64,000 nucleotides of DNA from the NCBI RefSeq assembly GCF_963921235.1, contig NC_086108.1, positions 27,964,001-28,028,000 of the forward strand, in the 5' to 3' direction. The stretch is from Mobula hypostoma (Eukaryota). The stretch's first letter is position 1, and every line of letters begins with the position of its first letter. Both the position numbers and the translations under genes were made by a program. Below are positions 49,974-63,174 of this stretch, in pieces. Below the pieces are notes generated by a model. That model was not told the DNA's origin and ran no database searches. It saw only the letters and a list, made by a program, of their open reading frames with translations.

Positions 49974-50601
49974 CAGACATCCCACCTCTCCCGGGAGTCC
50001 CGGGAGTCTCCCGCATATTAATAGTGGCTCCCTGATGCCTGCAAATTATATACAATAACACGGAAATCAATTTTTTTGAGAGCGAGTAAGAGAAAGCAAG
50101 CGAGAGAGTGAGAGCAAGCAAGCGAGAGAGAGCACGTGAGCAAGAGAGAAAGCAAGCGAGAGCACGCGAGCGAGAGAGCGAGAGAGAGCGAGCGCAAGCA
50201 AGCGAGAGAGAGAGAAAGCGAGGGAGAGCGAAAGGAAGCGAAAGCGCGCGAGCGAGAGCACTTGAGAGAGCACCATGGCAGAGTGTTCCAAAAAATATAT
50301 AAAACGTACGTCACCCCAGACTACACTACAGTGTACCCCTGCCTAATAGGGGTCGAAAATAATGACAGTGTTGCTTGTTGCACTGTTTGCAACAGTGACT
50401 TTTCTATTGCCCATGGTGGGTTAAGACTGTAAAAGACATGCTGAGGTGAGTTTAACAGGTGTCATTCGTTCATTAGCATAGCTAACGTTATTTAAACTAG
50501 CTGGCTAGCTGCTAAGGAGCTACTCTATTGCAGACATCCCACCTCTCCCGGGAGTCTCCTGCTACCTCCCTGAAAGGAGTTTTTGCAGGGTGGGATGTCT
50601 G
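49974..50601 (+). mobile_element. Non-autonomous hAT-like transposon with 6-bp TSD and a transposase N-terminal remnant
   Basis: 13-bp TIR CAGACATCCCACC; TSD tgctta; CTVCNSDFSIAHGG..DCKRH zinc-finger remnant; internal (GA/GCGA)n at 50078-50270. Confidence 0.8.
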
Positions 50602-52190
50602 TGCTTATAGCTTTCAGTGTTTCAGTCTGATTTCAGGGGTTATCACTGATCCATTGAGAACATAGAACAGCACAGGAACAGGAACAGGCCCTGCGGCCCA
50701 CAATGCTATACTGAACCACATAAATTAGTAATCAAATGGCTAACTAAACTAATCTACTCTTCCTACACAATGTCCATATCCTTCCATTTTCCTCACATTC
50801 ATCCGCCTGTCTAAGCATCTCTTAAACGTCTCCAATGTTCCTGCCTCTACCACCACCCCAGGCAGAGCATTTCAGACACCCACCATAGTCTGAGAAAAAA
50901 ATTGCTCCTCACAACTACACTTAGATTACCCTCCTCTTACCTTAAATGCATGTTCTCTGATATAAGGCATTTCAACCCCAGTAAAAAGTCTGTCTACTTA
51001 ATTTATGCCCTTCATTAAGCTTATAAACCTCTATCAGCTCTTTCCTCAGCCTCCACCACTCAAGAGAAAACAACCCAAGTTTGTCCAACCTCTCATGCCC
51101 TCGAATCAAGGCAGCATCTTGGTAAACCTCTTCTGCACTCTCTCCAAAGTTTCAACATCCTTCCTATAATGGGGTTACGAGGACTGTTGCAATACGCCAC
51201 ATGTGGCCAAACTAGAGTGTTATAAAGCTGCAACATAACTTCCTCACTTTTGAACTCAGTTCCTTGATTAATAAAGGCAAGCATGCCATATGCCTTCTTA
51301 ACCATGCTATCAACCTGTGTAGCCAATTTCAGGGAGCTATGAAGGACCTCAAGATTGCTCTGCTTTGTAATACTGTTGAGGATTTTGCCTTTAACAGTAT
51401 GCTGTCTCTTTTATTTGACACACCAAGGTGCAATAGTTCACATTTGATCAGGTAAATTCCATTTGTTATTTCTCCACCCACATCTGCAACTGATCTATAT
51501 CTTGCTGTATTTTTTGCTAGTCTTCTACGCTATCTACAACTCCACCAATCTTCATATCATCTGAAAATTTACTAACTTATCCATCTACATTTTCATCTGT
51601 CAGTTACGTACATCAGAAACAGCAGAGGTCCCAGTACAGATCCTTGCAAAACAACAATAAAAACAGACCCGCAGCAAGAATAATTCCTTTCAACCAAAGC
51701 CCTCTGTCTTCTATGTGCAGGCCAGTTCTGAATCAAAATGGCCAATTCACCATGGAGCCCTGCGTCATAACTTTCTGGATGAGCTTCCCATGAGGGACAT
51801 TATCAAACGCCTTACTAAAATCCATGCAGACAGCATCTACAGCTCTATCTTCAACTTCATTAGTTCATAAGACACGAATTACCCTGCACAAAGTCATGCT
51901 GACTCTCCCTAATAAAGCTATAGTTTTCAAAATGTACATAAATCTTATCCCTAAGAATTTCCTCTAGTAACTTCAATACAACTGATGTGAGAATCACTGG
52001 TCTATAGCTTCCAAGATTATCCCTGGATCCTTTCTTGAATAATGGACAAACATTAGCAACTTGCAGGTTCTCCAGGACCTCACTTATAGCCAGAAAGAAC
52101 GTGATGATATTGGTAAATCTCTTCTCTTGCCTCTCTCCATAACCTAGTGTATATCCCATCAGGCCCTGGGTACTTATCTACTTTAAGGCC

Positions 52191-53034
52191 TGTGACGACA
52201 GACCAAATTATCAGAAGATTGATGCCAATAAGAGGACAATGGGGGAACATTCAGAAATGTTAATGAGAGATGAGAGGGATTAACAAAAAGGAGACACAGT
52301 TCCGAGTATTGTCAGAGACCGGTGGCTTTGAACCCTGAACTGTTTGAAGTTTGACGGACAGGCGATACCCCAGCAGGGGAATAAAAAGGGACAGGTTCGC
52401 TAAGACAACAGACACACGACACCACGAGGTAACGAGACCCTGGAAGCGGTGTGTCCCCACAAGTTGGTGGGAGTTTTGGAGGTCTGGTCGCGGGACCAGC
52501 CATAGACGCACAGGGTGGAAAGATACGGTCGGGCGGGAACCCGGTGTGTGTGTCCGCCCTTGCCTGGATGCTGGGTTCACCGCAGAAGAACGATCGTATC
52601 TGGAACCGAGGGGTCACAGTCGGTGACTTCAGAAGACATTACAAAGGGCTCGCCCGAAAGCTAGCTGCGAGGAATATCGAAGGTCTGTTTGGAATCCGTT
52701 TTGAATATTCATTCGCTTTTGCTCTCTCTTCTCCCCGCCCCAACGGCACAACAGTGATTACTGCAAACTGAACTGAACTCAATTGAACTGAACTTTGCGT
52801 CACTTGAAACTGATCATTTACCCCTAGACTGCGATAGAGCTTGATTGATCCTAGTATCCTAGTTCTGTGTAGATGTGTGTTTTATCATTGCTAAACTGTT
52901 GCATTTATAGCCTTTTGATTAGAGTACTGTGTTGCTTATTTCTTTAATAAAACTTTCTTAGTTCCAGTAATCCAGACTCCAACTGAGTGGTCCATTTCTG
53001 CTGGTTTGGCAACCCTGTTATGGGATACGTAACA
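52191..53034 (+). mobile_element. Solo LTR inserted in CR1
   Basis: tgtgacg...cgtaaca, TSD ggcc, AATAAA near 52946. Confidence 0.92.
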
Positions 53035-55348
53035 GGCCCTTTAAGAGACCCAACACTACTTCCTCGTTTACCTCAAAGTGCACTTTCACATCATTATGCT
53101 CCGGGTTGATCTCCCTTTCTTCCATATCTGGTGTATCTTCTCGTCGGTAAATACTGATGTAAAATACTCATTAAGGACCTCACCCATATCCTCCACATCC
53201 AAGTAAAATGTTCCCCCTTTATCCTTGAGTGATCCTACCCTCTCCTTAGTTATCCTCTTGCTCTTAATGTATGCATAGGATGCCTTGGGATTCTATTTAA
53301 TGCTACTTGCCAAGGACTTTTCATGGCCCCTCCTGGCATTCCTAATTCCTCCTTGAGTTCTTTTCTGGTGTCTTTATAACCATCAAGTACTCTGTTTGAT
53401 TCTAGATTCCTAAGCATTACATACTTTTCCTTTTATTTCTCGACTAAATTGATCACCTTTCTCAATGTCCAAGGTTCCCATACATTGCCATCCCTGATTT
53501 TTCTTCTAACTAAAACTTATCAGTGTTGTTTTCCACTTCTAGCTCGTGCATCATGGCATCTTCTTCTGCCTCCTCTACACTCAATGTCTCTGGTAGCTTT
53601 GGTACTGGAAGACTACTGTCATGTGGCGTAGGTCTCATCTGCCCTGCCTATGAATGCCCAGGCTAGCCTGGACAAGATAGAAAATGCATATTGTGGGCAA
53701 CATTTTAATTGACTTAAATTACGATCTGAAATAACAAATAAAGACAATTTCAAATAAATGGTGCATGGTATGGAAATTTCTTGGTGACTTTCATGATCAG
53801 CAACCCAACATCCATAAGATGCACCCAAAAGTATTCAGGAAGCAAAATCTTTGTTGTCCAGCATAATTTACCCTGCTCCAATTTGATACTCACCTACAAA
53901 GTCCATACTCAGCCTTACCTGACTCTCTCTCAAGCTACTCTTTAATCTTCGCAGCATCATATTTCCATGGTCTGATCCATGCTCTGCGTTCATCACCTTT
54001 ACCCATAATACGCTGAGCATTAAAGTACATATACTTCAAACTATCCATCCCATCATATCTATTAATTTCATCCCGCCTGTTTTTACTGACCCTGACATCT
54101 ATCCTCCTCTCCATTGTTCCACTTTTTGACCTGATTCTCTGGTTCTCATCCCCCTCAAGCTAGTTTAAATGCTCCAGAGTAGCACTTGTCAGCCTCCTGG
54201 CCAGGATATTGGTTCCCCTCCAGTTTACTAGCCACCTGTCCTTTTCATACAGGTCATCCCTGCCCCAGAAAAGGTTCCAATTGTTCAAGAACCTAAAGCC
54301 CAGCTCCCTGAACCAGTTCCACAGCCACTCACTCATCTGTACTATCTTCCTATTCCTGCCATGACTGGGAGTAACCCAGATATTACCACCTTGGAGGTCC
54401 TACTTTTCAGCCTTTTTCGTAACTCCCTGTACTCACTGCACAGGATCTCTTCCCCAGTTCTCCCTACGTCATTGGTGCCAATGTGCACCACAGCCTCTGG
54501 CTGGTCACCTTCCCTCCTGAGAATATTGTGCAGCCACTCTGAGATATCCAGGACCCTTACACCTCAGAGGCAAAACTCCATCCTGGCTTCTCTGTCTTGG
54601 CCATAGAATCTCCTGTCTGTTCCCCTAACTATCAAGTCTCCTATCACTATTGCTCTACCTGTTTTTACGCTTCCTTGCTAAGCCTCAGAGCTGGCCACAG
54701 CATCACCAGTCTGGCTGCTGCTGTTGTGCCCACATAGGTCATCCCCCACCCCCAGCAGTATGCAAAGGGGTATACTTGTTGCTGAGGGAATGGCTACAGG
54801 GGAACTCTGTACTAATTTCTTACTTCCCTTCTCCGGCTGGTCACTCATCTCCTATCCAAAGCCTGCACTCTGTGTGTGACCATCTCAGTAAAGTCTCATC
54901 GATGAGGTTTTCAGTCTCCCAGATGACCCTGAGTACATCCAGCTTCAGCTCTAGTTCCATGACCTTGTCCGTCGAGAGCTGAAGTTGTTTTCACTTCGTG
55001 CAGTGTGTGTCGTCAGGGAGACTGTTAGGTACCCTGTAATTGCACAACATCCAGGCGGACCATTCCACTGCTATAACAATCATCCTGCCTACACTTATTA
55101 TACCTTTGGCTCTAAGTTCTTAAGCTTAAGTTCTGCAATCAACTAAATGATTCTTAATGACTCAGCACCCTTTGCCTCTGGCTGTTCTTACCGAAGCCTG
55201 TTGAGCCAAAGCCTTTCACTCTACCCTGGCGCGCTCCAACAATGACGACTTCACTTAAATCTAACTCCTTTTTAATTAGCCCTTGCTATGTTACTCGTAA
55301 CCCAAATGATCTCCCACTCCATAGACAAGCCCCAACAGACTCCAGTCG

Positions 55349-55607
55349 CTTTTTAAACCTGGCACATAAAGTCCACAAGGAACAGTCTCCAACTCATTCC
55401 ACAAGTTCCTACTCCGCAGAAAAGTCCTGACAGATCCTGGTCACTTTTTAAACCTGGCATGTGAAGTCCTTGAGGAACTGTCTCCATTTCACTCCATGAC
55501 GTCCTGCTCCGCAGACATCCTAATGGGCCCTGGTTGCTTTTTAAATCTGGCATGTAATGTCCCCAAAGAATTGTCTCCAACTCACTCCACAATCTCCCGT
55601 TCTGCAC
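55349..55607. repeat. ~94-bp degenerate tandem repeat, about 3 copies
   Basis: Units start tttttaaa(c/t)ctggca at ~55349, 55445 and 55538. Confidence 0.8.
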
Positions 55608-56089
55608 TTCATTGGAATATCAGGAGTCAGGTATGTATTGTTAAGCACTCTCCACTCCTACTGCTCTGCTTCAGATGGGATGGATATGTAAATACTAATC
55701 TTACATAATTTCTGAGAACTAACAATGTGTCAATGTACAGGGGCAATTCCAACCAATGATGACACAGACATGGCCATGTCTGATTCATGCCAGCTCTCAA
55801 CAGAGAATTATATAACGATGTTTCTTCTCTCCTCATTTGCCGGTATCACAGCAACTTATTCTCTCTCACATGCCCATCAACTCTGCTTTGTTTCCATTCT
55901 CCAACGTCAGGAAATGATGCAACAGATCTAATGTCACCCCATCCAATCCCCTTGGATGACTGAAATTGATTTGAAGTTTACTATTTTATGAGAAGCTGTC
56001 CAATTTGAAACATGACAGACACATCTCAATGTGTGAGGACCAAAATGATGAGCCAAGAATAAACTCATTTGGTTGAAATTACCCTGCTT

Positions 56090-56830
56090 TTTAAAGTACA
56101 AAAGAAATATATTATCAATACATATGTCACCATATAAAACCCTGAGATTCATTTTCTTGTGGGCATAACAAATCGATAAAATAATAACCATAACAGAATC
56201 AAAGAAAGACCATCTAACTTGGGTGTTCAACCAGAGTGCAAAAAAATAACAAACTGTACAAATATAAAAAGAAAGAAATAATAATAAATAAATAAACAAT
56301 AAATATGGAGAACATGAGATGAAGAGTCTTTGAAAGTGAACACATTGGTTGTGAGCATATTTCAATGATGGGGCAAGTGAAGTTATCCCCTTTGGTTCGA
56401 AAGTCTGATGATTGAGGGGTAATAACTGTTCCTGAACCTGGTGGTATGAGTCCTGAGGCTCCTGTACCTTCCTCCTGGTGGTACCAGTGAGAAGAGAGCA
56501 TGTTCTGGGTTGTGGGGGTCCCTGACAATGGATGCTGCTTTCCTGCAGCAATGCTTCATGTAGATGTGCTCAGTGGTGGAGAGAGCTTCACCCCTGATGG
56601 ACTGGGCTTATCCATTACTTTTGGTAGGATTGTCTGTTCAAGGGCGTTGGTGTTTCCGTACCAGGCTGTGATGCAGCCAGTCAATACACTCTCTGCTGCA
56701 CATCAATCGAAGTTTGTCAGGGTTTTGGATGACCTGCTGAATCTCTTCAAACTCCAAAGGAAGCAGAGGTGCTGCTGTGCTTTCTTCGTATTTGCGTATA
56801 TGTGCTGGGCCCAGGACATGTCCTCCGAAA
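56090..56830 (-). mobile_element. Rex1/Babar-like LINE 3' fragment
   Basis: AASIVRDPHNPEHALFSL..GRYRSLRTHTTRFRNSYYPSIIRL. Confidence 0.85.
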
Positions 56831-57097
56831 TATATATCAAGAACCTGAGATGAAGAGTCCTTGAAAATGAATCCATAAGTAGTGGGAACAGTTCAGTAAT
56901 GGGCAGAGTGGAGACATTAAATTCAGAACATTCAGCAAATCCGGATTTAAAATCTAGTGTTGAAAATAGTTATCATTAAACTACTGTTCATGAAGTCCCA
57001 TTTAGCTCATTAACACTGTTCAGTAAAGGAAATCTGACTGTAGACCAATAATTAGGTCATTGACTTTCCACAGTTCTCTGAAATGGTAATAAATTTC

Positions 57098-59900
57098 AAG
57101 GCATAGGAGCAGAATTAGGCCCTTTGGCCCATCGAGTCTGCTCAACCTTCCCATCATGGCTGATTTATTAACCCTCTCAACCCCATTCTCCTGTCTTCTC
57201 CTCGTAAACTTTGACACCCTGATTAATCAAGAATCTATCAACCTCTGAATTTAATATACACAACAAACTTGTTTGCACAGGTGTCCATGGCAATGAATTC
57301 CAAAGATTCACCACCCTCTGGCTAAAGAAACGTTTCCTCATCTCTGTTCTAAATGAACATCCCTCAACTCCCTAGCCTCTTGTCTCTGTGGCTATTTTAG
57401 ATTCCTTCTGGTCATTTTTAAACGTTTCCCAATCTTAACCTCCCACAAATTTTGCTATATTATTTGCCCTCTCTTCTTCTTTTATGCTGACTTTTGACTT
57501 ACCTTGTCAGCCATAGTTGAGTCATCCTCCCTTTAGTATACTTCATTTTTGGGATGTATCTTTCCGGTACATTCCAAATTTCCCGAAGAAACACCAGCCA
57601 TGTTCTGCCATCAACCCTGTTAGTGTCACCTTCCAATTAACTTTGGCCAGCTCCTATCTCATACCTATGTAATTCCCTTTACTCCTTCTTAATACTAATG
57701 CATCTGATTTTAGCTGCTTTTTCTTAAACTGCAGAGTGAATTCTATCATATTATACTCACTATCTCCTAAAGTTTCCTTTACCTTAAGCTCCCTAATCAA
57801 GTCTGAATTATTACACAGCACCCAATCCAGAATTGCTATTCCCCTGGTGGGCTCAATCACAAGCTGCTCTAAAAGACATTTTGTAGGCATTCTAAAAATG
57901 TAGTCTTGAGATCCAGCACCAATATGATTTTTCCAATCTGTCTGCATATTGAAATCCCCATGGTTATCACAACATTGCCTTTTTATATGCCTTTTCTGTC
58001 TCCCATTGTAATTTGTAGCCCACATCCAGGCTACTGTTTGGAGGCCCGATATAACTCCCATCAGAGTCTTTTTAACCCTTGCAGTTTCTTAGCTCTACCT
58101 TCAAGGATTCTACATTTTCCAATCCTATGTCATCTCTTTAAAAGGATTTGATTTCATTTTTTACCAACAGAGCTACCTCACCTCCTCTACCTAGATGCCT
58201 GGCCTTTTGACACAATGTGTATCCTTGGATGATGAGCTCCCAACCATGATTTTCTTAGGCCATGACTCAGTGATACCCACAACATTATGCCTGCCAAACT
58301 ATAACCCTGCTAGAAGATCATCTACCTTATTCCATAAACTGCATGCATTCAAAGATAACACCTTCAGTCCTGTATCCATCACCATTTTTGATTTTGGCTC
58401 CCTCTTACACATCAACTCATCCCACTGACTTCAATTTTGCCCTGTCATCTGCCTGTGCTTCCTCAAAGTCTCACTACACATTGCATCTAGCTGTATACCA
58501 ACCATCTGTATACATATCACTCTGGTTCCCATTCTTGTGCCTAATTAGTTTAAACCTTCTCCCACAGCTCTAGCAAACCTGCCTGCAAGGATATTGTTCC
58601 CTCTCGGGTTTAGGTGCAACCCGCCCTTTATGTACAGGTCATACATTTCCCAGAAAAGATCCCAATGACCCATAAATCTGAACCCTTGCTCCCTGCACCA
58701 ATTCTTCAGCCATGCATTCATCTTCCAAATCAACTTGCACATGGCACAGGCAGCAATCCAGAGATTACTACCCTGGAGGTCCTGCTTTTTCAGCATTCTA
58801 CCTAACTCCCTATATTCTCTCTTCAGGACCTTCTCCCTTTTTGTTGTTGGTACCAATATGTACCACAACTTTCAGCCGTTCACCCTCCCTCTTTAGAATG
58901 CTGTGGACCCATTCTGAGACATCCCTGACCCTGGCACCAGAGAGATAACATACAACCCAGCGATCTCTTTCATGCTCACAGGACCTGCTTTCTGCTCTTC
59001 TAACTATGGAATCCCTATCACTGTTGCATTTCTCTTCTCACCACCCCACCCCTACTTCCCTTCTGAGCAGCAGAACCAGACTCAGTGCTAGAGACCCGGT
59101 GACTGCAGCTTCCCCCTGGTAGGTCATCCCTCCAACAGTACCTGAAGTGGTATATTTATTATTGAGGAGAACCACCACAGGTATACCCTGCTTACTCCCT
59201 TTCCCTCTCCCGACAGTCATCCAAGTACCTGCCTCCTGCAATTTAGAAATGACCTCCTCCCTGTAGCTCCTATCTTTCACCTCCTCATTCTCCTGTTTCA
59301 GCCAAAGGTCATCATACTGCAACTCCAGTTCCTTAACATGGTCTCTAAGGAGCTGCAGCTCACTACACTTCATGCAATGTAGTTATCAGGGAGACTGGAA
59401 GTCTCCCAGAGCTCCCACATCTCACATAATGAACATACCACATTTTCCAAACACATTTTCAGTGCACTAGCTATGTATCAACAGGAAATAAAACTTACTA
59501 GAACCTTACTTACTTACTTAGAACCTCTGGCCGTGCTTGCCAAGCCTATTGTGACAAAGCCTGACCACTCTAACACTGGCCTGCTCACACAATGGCCGCT
59601 CCTCCTACACCTCCCTACTTTTTATTGGCCCTGCGCCGATTGCAGCCAACTGGAAAAAGCCGAAAGCACTGGAGCTCTTTTTAGATCTCGTACTGTGTCA
59701 CCAACGAATGACCTCTCATGCTGATTGCAACCCACCGAAAAGAGACAAAAACATTGAAGAACATTTTAAACCCCACGTTGTCTCACCAATGAATGAGTTC
59801 TCTTCTTGATTGCACCCTGCTGAAAGCAGCAGAGCTCTTTTTGAGCTTTGCACTGTCTCACCAACGAATGACCTCTTGTGGTGATTGCTGACCTCCAAAA
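57098..59900 (-). mobile_element. CR1 with ORF1, APE and 3' end but RT deleted
   Basis: LQLLRDHVKELELQYDDL; WLKNWCREQGFRF..GLHLNPRG (SGNH esterase); HGDFN..EPTRGIAILDWVL; jumps to the 3' end near 57370. Confidence 0.85.
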
Positions 59901-59905
59901 AAGAG
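59638..59905. repeat. 75-85-bp degenerate tandem repeat, 3 copies plus a partial
   Basis: gattgc...tcaccaa(c/t)gaatga units at 59638, 59723, 59808 and 59883. Confidence 0.8.
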
Positions 59906-60169
59906 ATATTCATCTCGTTAATGACAGAAGTATCTTGAGAATTAATAAATGAAAACAAAGTCTAATCATGGATCCATTTGAATTCCATTAGATCATCAGA
60001 CGGCTCTGTGGGATAAATTAGGTGATCAATGATCAGAGGTAAGAGAGTAGAGTGTGATGTGTTGGCTGCTCATGGAGCAAGTCCAACCAAGCCTGGCAAT
60101 CCAAGGAGTATTACACCTTCTTTTATCATGTATCTACTCTCTTTCAAAGTCTTTTTCACGCTCTTTCTT

Positions 60170-60752
60170 TTAAAGTCTCTCCACACTGCAGAGACTGTAC
60201 CGTAGCAGCAGGCCCTAGATCCAAGAGCGAGGAACAACCAGAGGTTCGTCCAATTTAATTGCCCGGCCAGATTGGAAAGGTTGGATACAGGCGGAATTGA
60301 GGTCCTGGGGCCCAGACCTGAGAGCATGTGAAAGAGACAGGACCCGGGTTCAAGAGCGAGAAACTACCTGAGGTTTGGCCTACTTAAGCACCAGGCTAGA
60401 TTGAAAAGGTCAGTGTGTCGGGACCGGAGGCTAGGGACGGGCCAGTGTTCAGCTTGCTGCTCTGTGAGGTTTACTCATCTCTGCGCTGAACTGAGGCTGT
60501 GGCCTGCAACTAATGGGCTCCTGGATTGGCTGTGACTGGCCTCGTGGCTGTGGACTCATTTTCGTCAACTTCAGGTCTGAATGTTATTTGCTTACTTTTA
60601 TTGTTTGCACAATTTGTTTTTTTCTACACATTGGGTGTTTGACAGTCTTCTTCTTTAATGGGTTCTATTGGGTTTCTTTGTTTTGTGGCTGCCTGTAAGA
60701 GACAAATTTCAAGCTTGTATATAATGTATGCACTTTGAACTTCTGAACTTTA
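60170..60752 (+). mobile_element. SINE-like repeat with Rex1-type tail
   Basis: Internal ~110-bp duplication (caagagcgagg/aaac); ctgaactga motif and tail shared with 38170-38660. Confidence 0.55.
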
Positions 60753-61789
60753 ATCAAATCATGAAAACATTTCCTTGAAATTCCATCAACCACTGATCAA
60801 TTTTCTGTTACAAACCAGTCATGTTTATCAAGGCAAAAATGCCCCATGAGTGAATGCAACAGTAACATAACACTAATCATATTTTAATAAAGAGACACTG
60901 TTTTGATTTTGGGACTGTGCACTGAGTAATTAATTGTAATTAAAGGTCGATAGTTTTTGCCTGAAGGTATTCCTACTCATGTACAAGTATATTAATCAGA
61001 GGCTGCTGCTCCTAAACTTTCTCCTGAATAATCTACTGGACCTGCATGTGATTTGCAGTTTTTCCATGTTCCCTCAATGCCTTTAACTGTGTGATCCCCA
61101 GTGCTATGTACACAATTGGACTGGGCTGCTGTGATACTGAGCTAATTACTTCCATCTGCCATGGTCTCTATATGTAGCAAAAGAAAACAATTATGTGCGC
61201 TTTCTATTGGTTCTAAATCCTCTCCCATTCCCCATGACAGGGTATCCATCCGATGAAAACAAACTTCTGATGAATAGCTCTGTAGAAAGTGGTAAGACTC
61301 TGTGGCCCTATTACATCTAACATCCACTGGACTCTTGTACCTTAGGAATGTCTATGCTCGTTACTCTATGAGATAAAGCACACACACTCCCTGATATGCT
61401 TACTTCTCTCCTTTATCTTGCAGCATCTACAGCCTCTACAAATTAAGTTGTTAATTTTTCTTACTGTTTTACACTCCTGAAAGTGATCCCATCATATGGT
61501 CATGTTTCGTTCTTTTTAAATGTCCCACACCTCAAATTTGTCATCTGTGAGATGAGATCGTACATGGAATATCTTTTTTGTATGACTGAAAAAGATTATA
61601 CAAGTGTACACCCATTAAACGTCCAGTAGAAGAATAAGGAGGAAACTGATAGGTAATGTGCTCCACTGATGACTACACTTACATGTAGGTCCCTCCTTCT
61701 TCATTTGCACAAGGTTTGGCAGCATCTCATGTGAAGAATCCTGACATGGTTCAGTCTGAAAAGAAGATCTTGGAGTAAAACTTCAATCA

Positions 61790-62070
61790 ACTTTACATCT
61801 TCATTGAAATATTCCCACAACCTATAGACACACTTTCAAGGACTCTTCATTTTATGTTCTCGATGCTTATTGATTATTTTTAAATTTTTGTATTTACACA
61901 GTCTGTTGTCTTTTGCACATTGAATGTCCAAATTGGTGCAGTCTTTCATTGATTCTAATGGTTCTTATTTTATTATGGATTTATTGAGTATGCCCACATG
62001 AAAATTAATCTGAGCAATGTATATGGTGACACTAATGTACTTTGATAATAAATTTACTTTGAACTTTGAA
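61790..62070 (+). mobile_element. Rex1-type LINE 3' UTR fragment
   Basis: Homologous to the reverse complement of 56095-56380; ends tttactttgaactttga. Confidence 0.75.
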
Positions 62071-62249
62071 ATATAACAAACAAACACTTAAATAGGCAAA
62101 AAAATAGAATGATACTGCCCTAATGCAGGTAAGTAAAATTAATGAAAATAAACAAAAGGTTGGCATAAACGTGTTGGCTGAAGAGATTGTTTTGGTGCCA
62201 TATGTGCCATATGTGGGAAAACTGCCCACTACTCACCTTTCAAAATGCT

Positions 62250-62380
62250 TGGTCAGGAAGCATCTATGGAAAAGAATAAGAAGTTGACGCTTCCGGCCGA
62301 GACCCTTCATCCTGAATTCCTCCAGCATTTTGTGTGGGTTGCTTGGATTTCCAGCATCTGCAGATTTTTTCTTGTTTGTG
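62250..62380. mobile_element. Penelope terminal-repeat fragment with internal inversion
   Basis: Hammerhead half is on the minus strand (62250-62314), joined to a plus-strand 3' half. Confidence 0.7.
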
Positions 62381-63054
62381 ATTGCATTATTCACCTCTCC
62401 CTGTTTTCCTTTCTGTAGAAATCGGGTGAATGTCTTAAAAGCTGCTGATCTCAAGGGATAGGTCATCCTAGGCCCATTCCTCCGCTCGGATGTGCTACAG
62501 AAGTGCCTGCCCACCTTTCCTGCTTGCTAAGAGTGCAAAGAGTTGACATTCCACCACAAAGAGGCAGCCCACCAGGAGGCCATCCTCTTTGCCCAACCAT
62601 TTTCCATCCCATCTCCTGGAATGCATTGACAATAGGCTCTAAAAAATAGTTTGTAACTGATCTTTAAATGAACATTAAGAAAAATGAATAAATCTGAAAT
62701 AAAAGCAGAAATGTAGGTTAAAGCAGCATCTGTAGAAAGAGAATCAGAATTAATGTCTCAGATAGAATGTTGCTGACAGCAGAACTTACTTTTAAATGAA
62801 TCTGATAAATATTTGAAAAATGGAGTTAAATCATTTAAAGATTAAATATTAAGCAAAAATGTCAAAATAATTAAAATCACCCCCAAAATTTGAATAAATA
62901 AGTAAAAATGACATATAATCACAAATTCCTCTGTGAGGGGAATGTCCTAAAGTGTAAGGCACTCCTTTTAATGTAATATGTATAAGATCTAGGCATGGAT
63001 ATGGGCAGTAAGACCAATTAATTTACTCTTCTAAATAGCTGCTACAGACAAATA

Positions 63055-63174
63055 GAGTCTTAAAATGCTGAATTATTCTGTGGATATTTGTCCGCCAAAT
63101 AGAATAGTGGTGAGATTGAGTCTTACGTGCTGAATTGTTCTGTGTATATTTGCTGGCCAAATTGAATAGTGCTG
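63055..63174. repeat. ~62-bp tandem duplication
   Basis: gagtctta..tgctgaatt.ttctgtg.atatttg..gccaaat.gaatagtg occurs twice. Confidence 0.85.

Larger units (their letters stand above)
50655..55610 (-). mobile_element. Old near-full-length CR1 (5' UTR, ORF1, partial ORF2, 3' UTR)
   Basis: ORF1 QLSTDKVMELELKLD and esterase GTNDVGR..SKVVISGLLP; RT PLFKKGSRDNLGSYRPV; APE not recognisable at 53520-54100; tail at ~50657. Confidence 0.85.

Noticed and set aside
50018..50314. Leu/Ser- or Arg/Glu-rich ORFs
   Set aside because: Translation of a (GA/GCGA)n microsatellite
55349..59905. Regularly spaced motifs as a CRISPR array
   Set aside because: Whole units are homologous and degenerate, and they sit in LINE 5' regions
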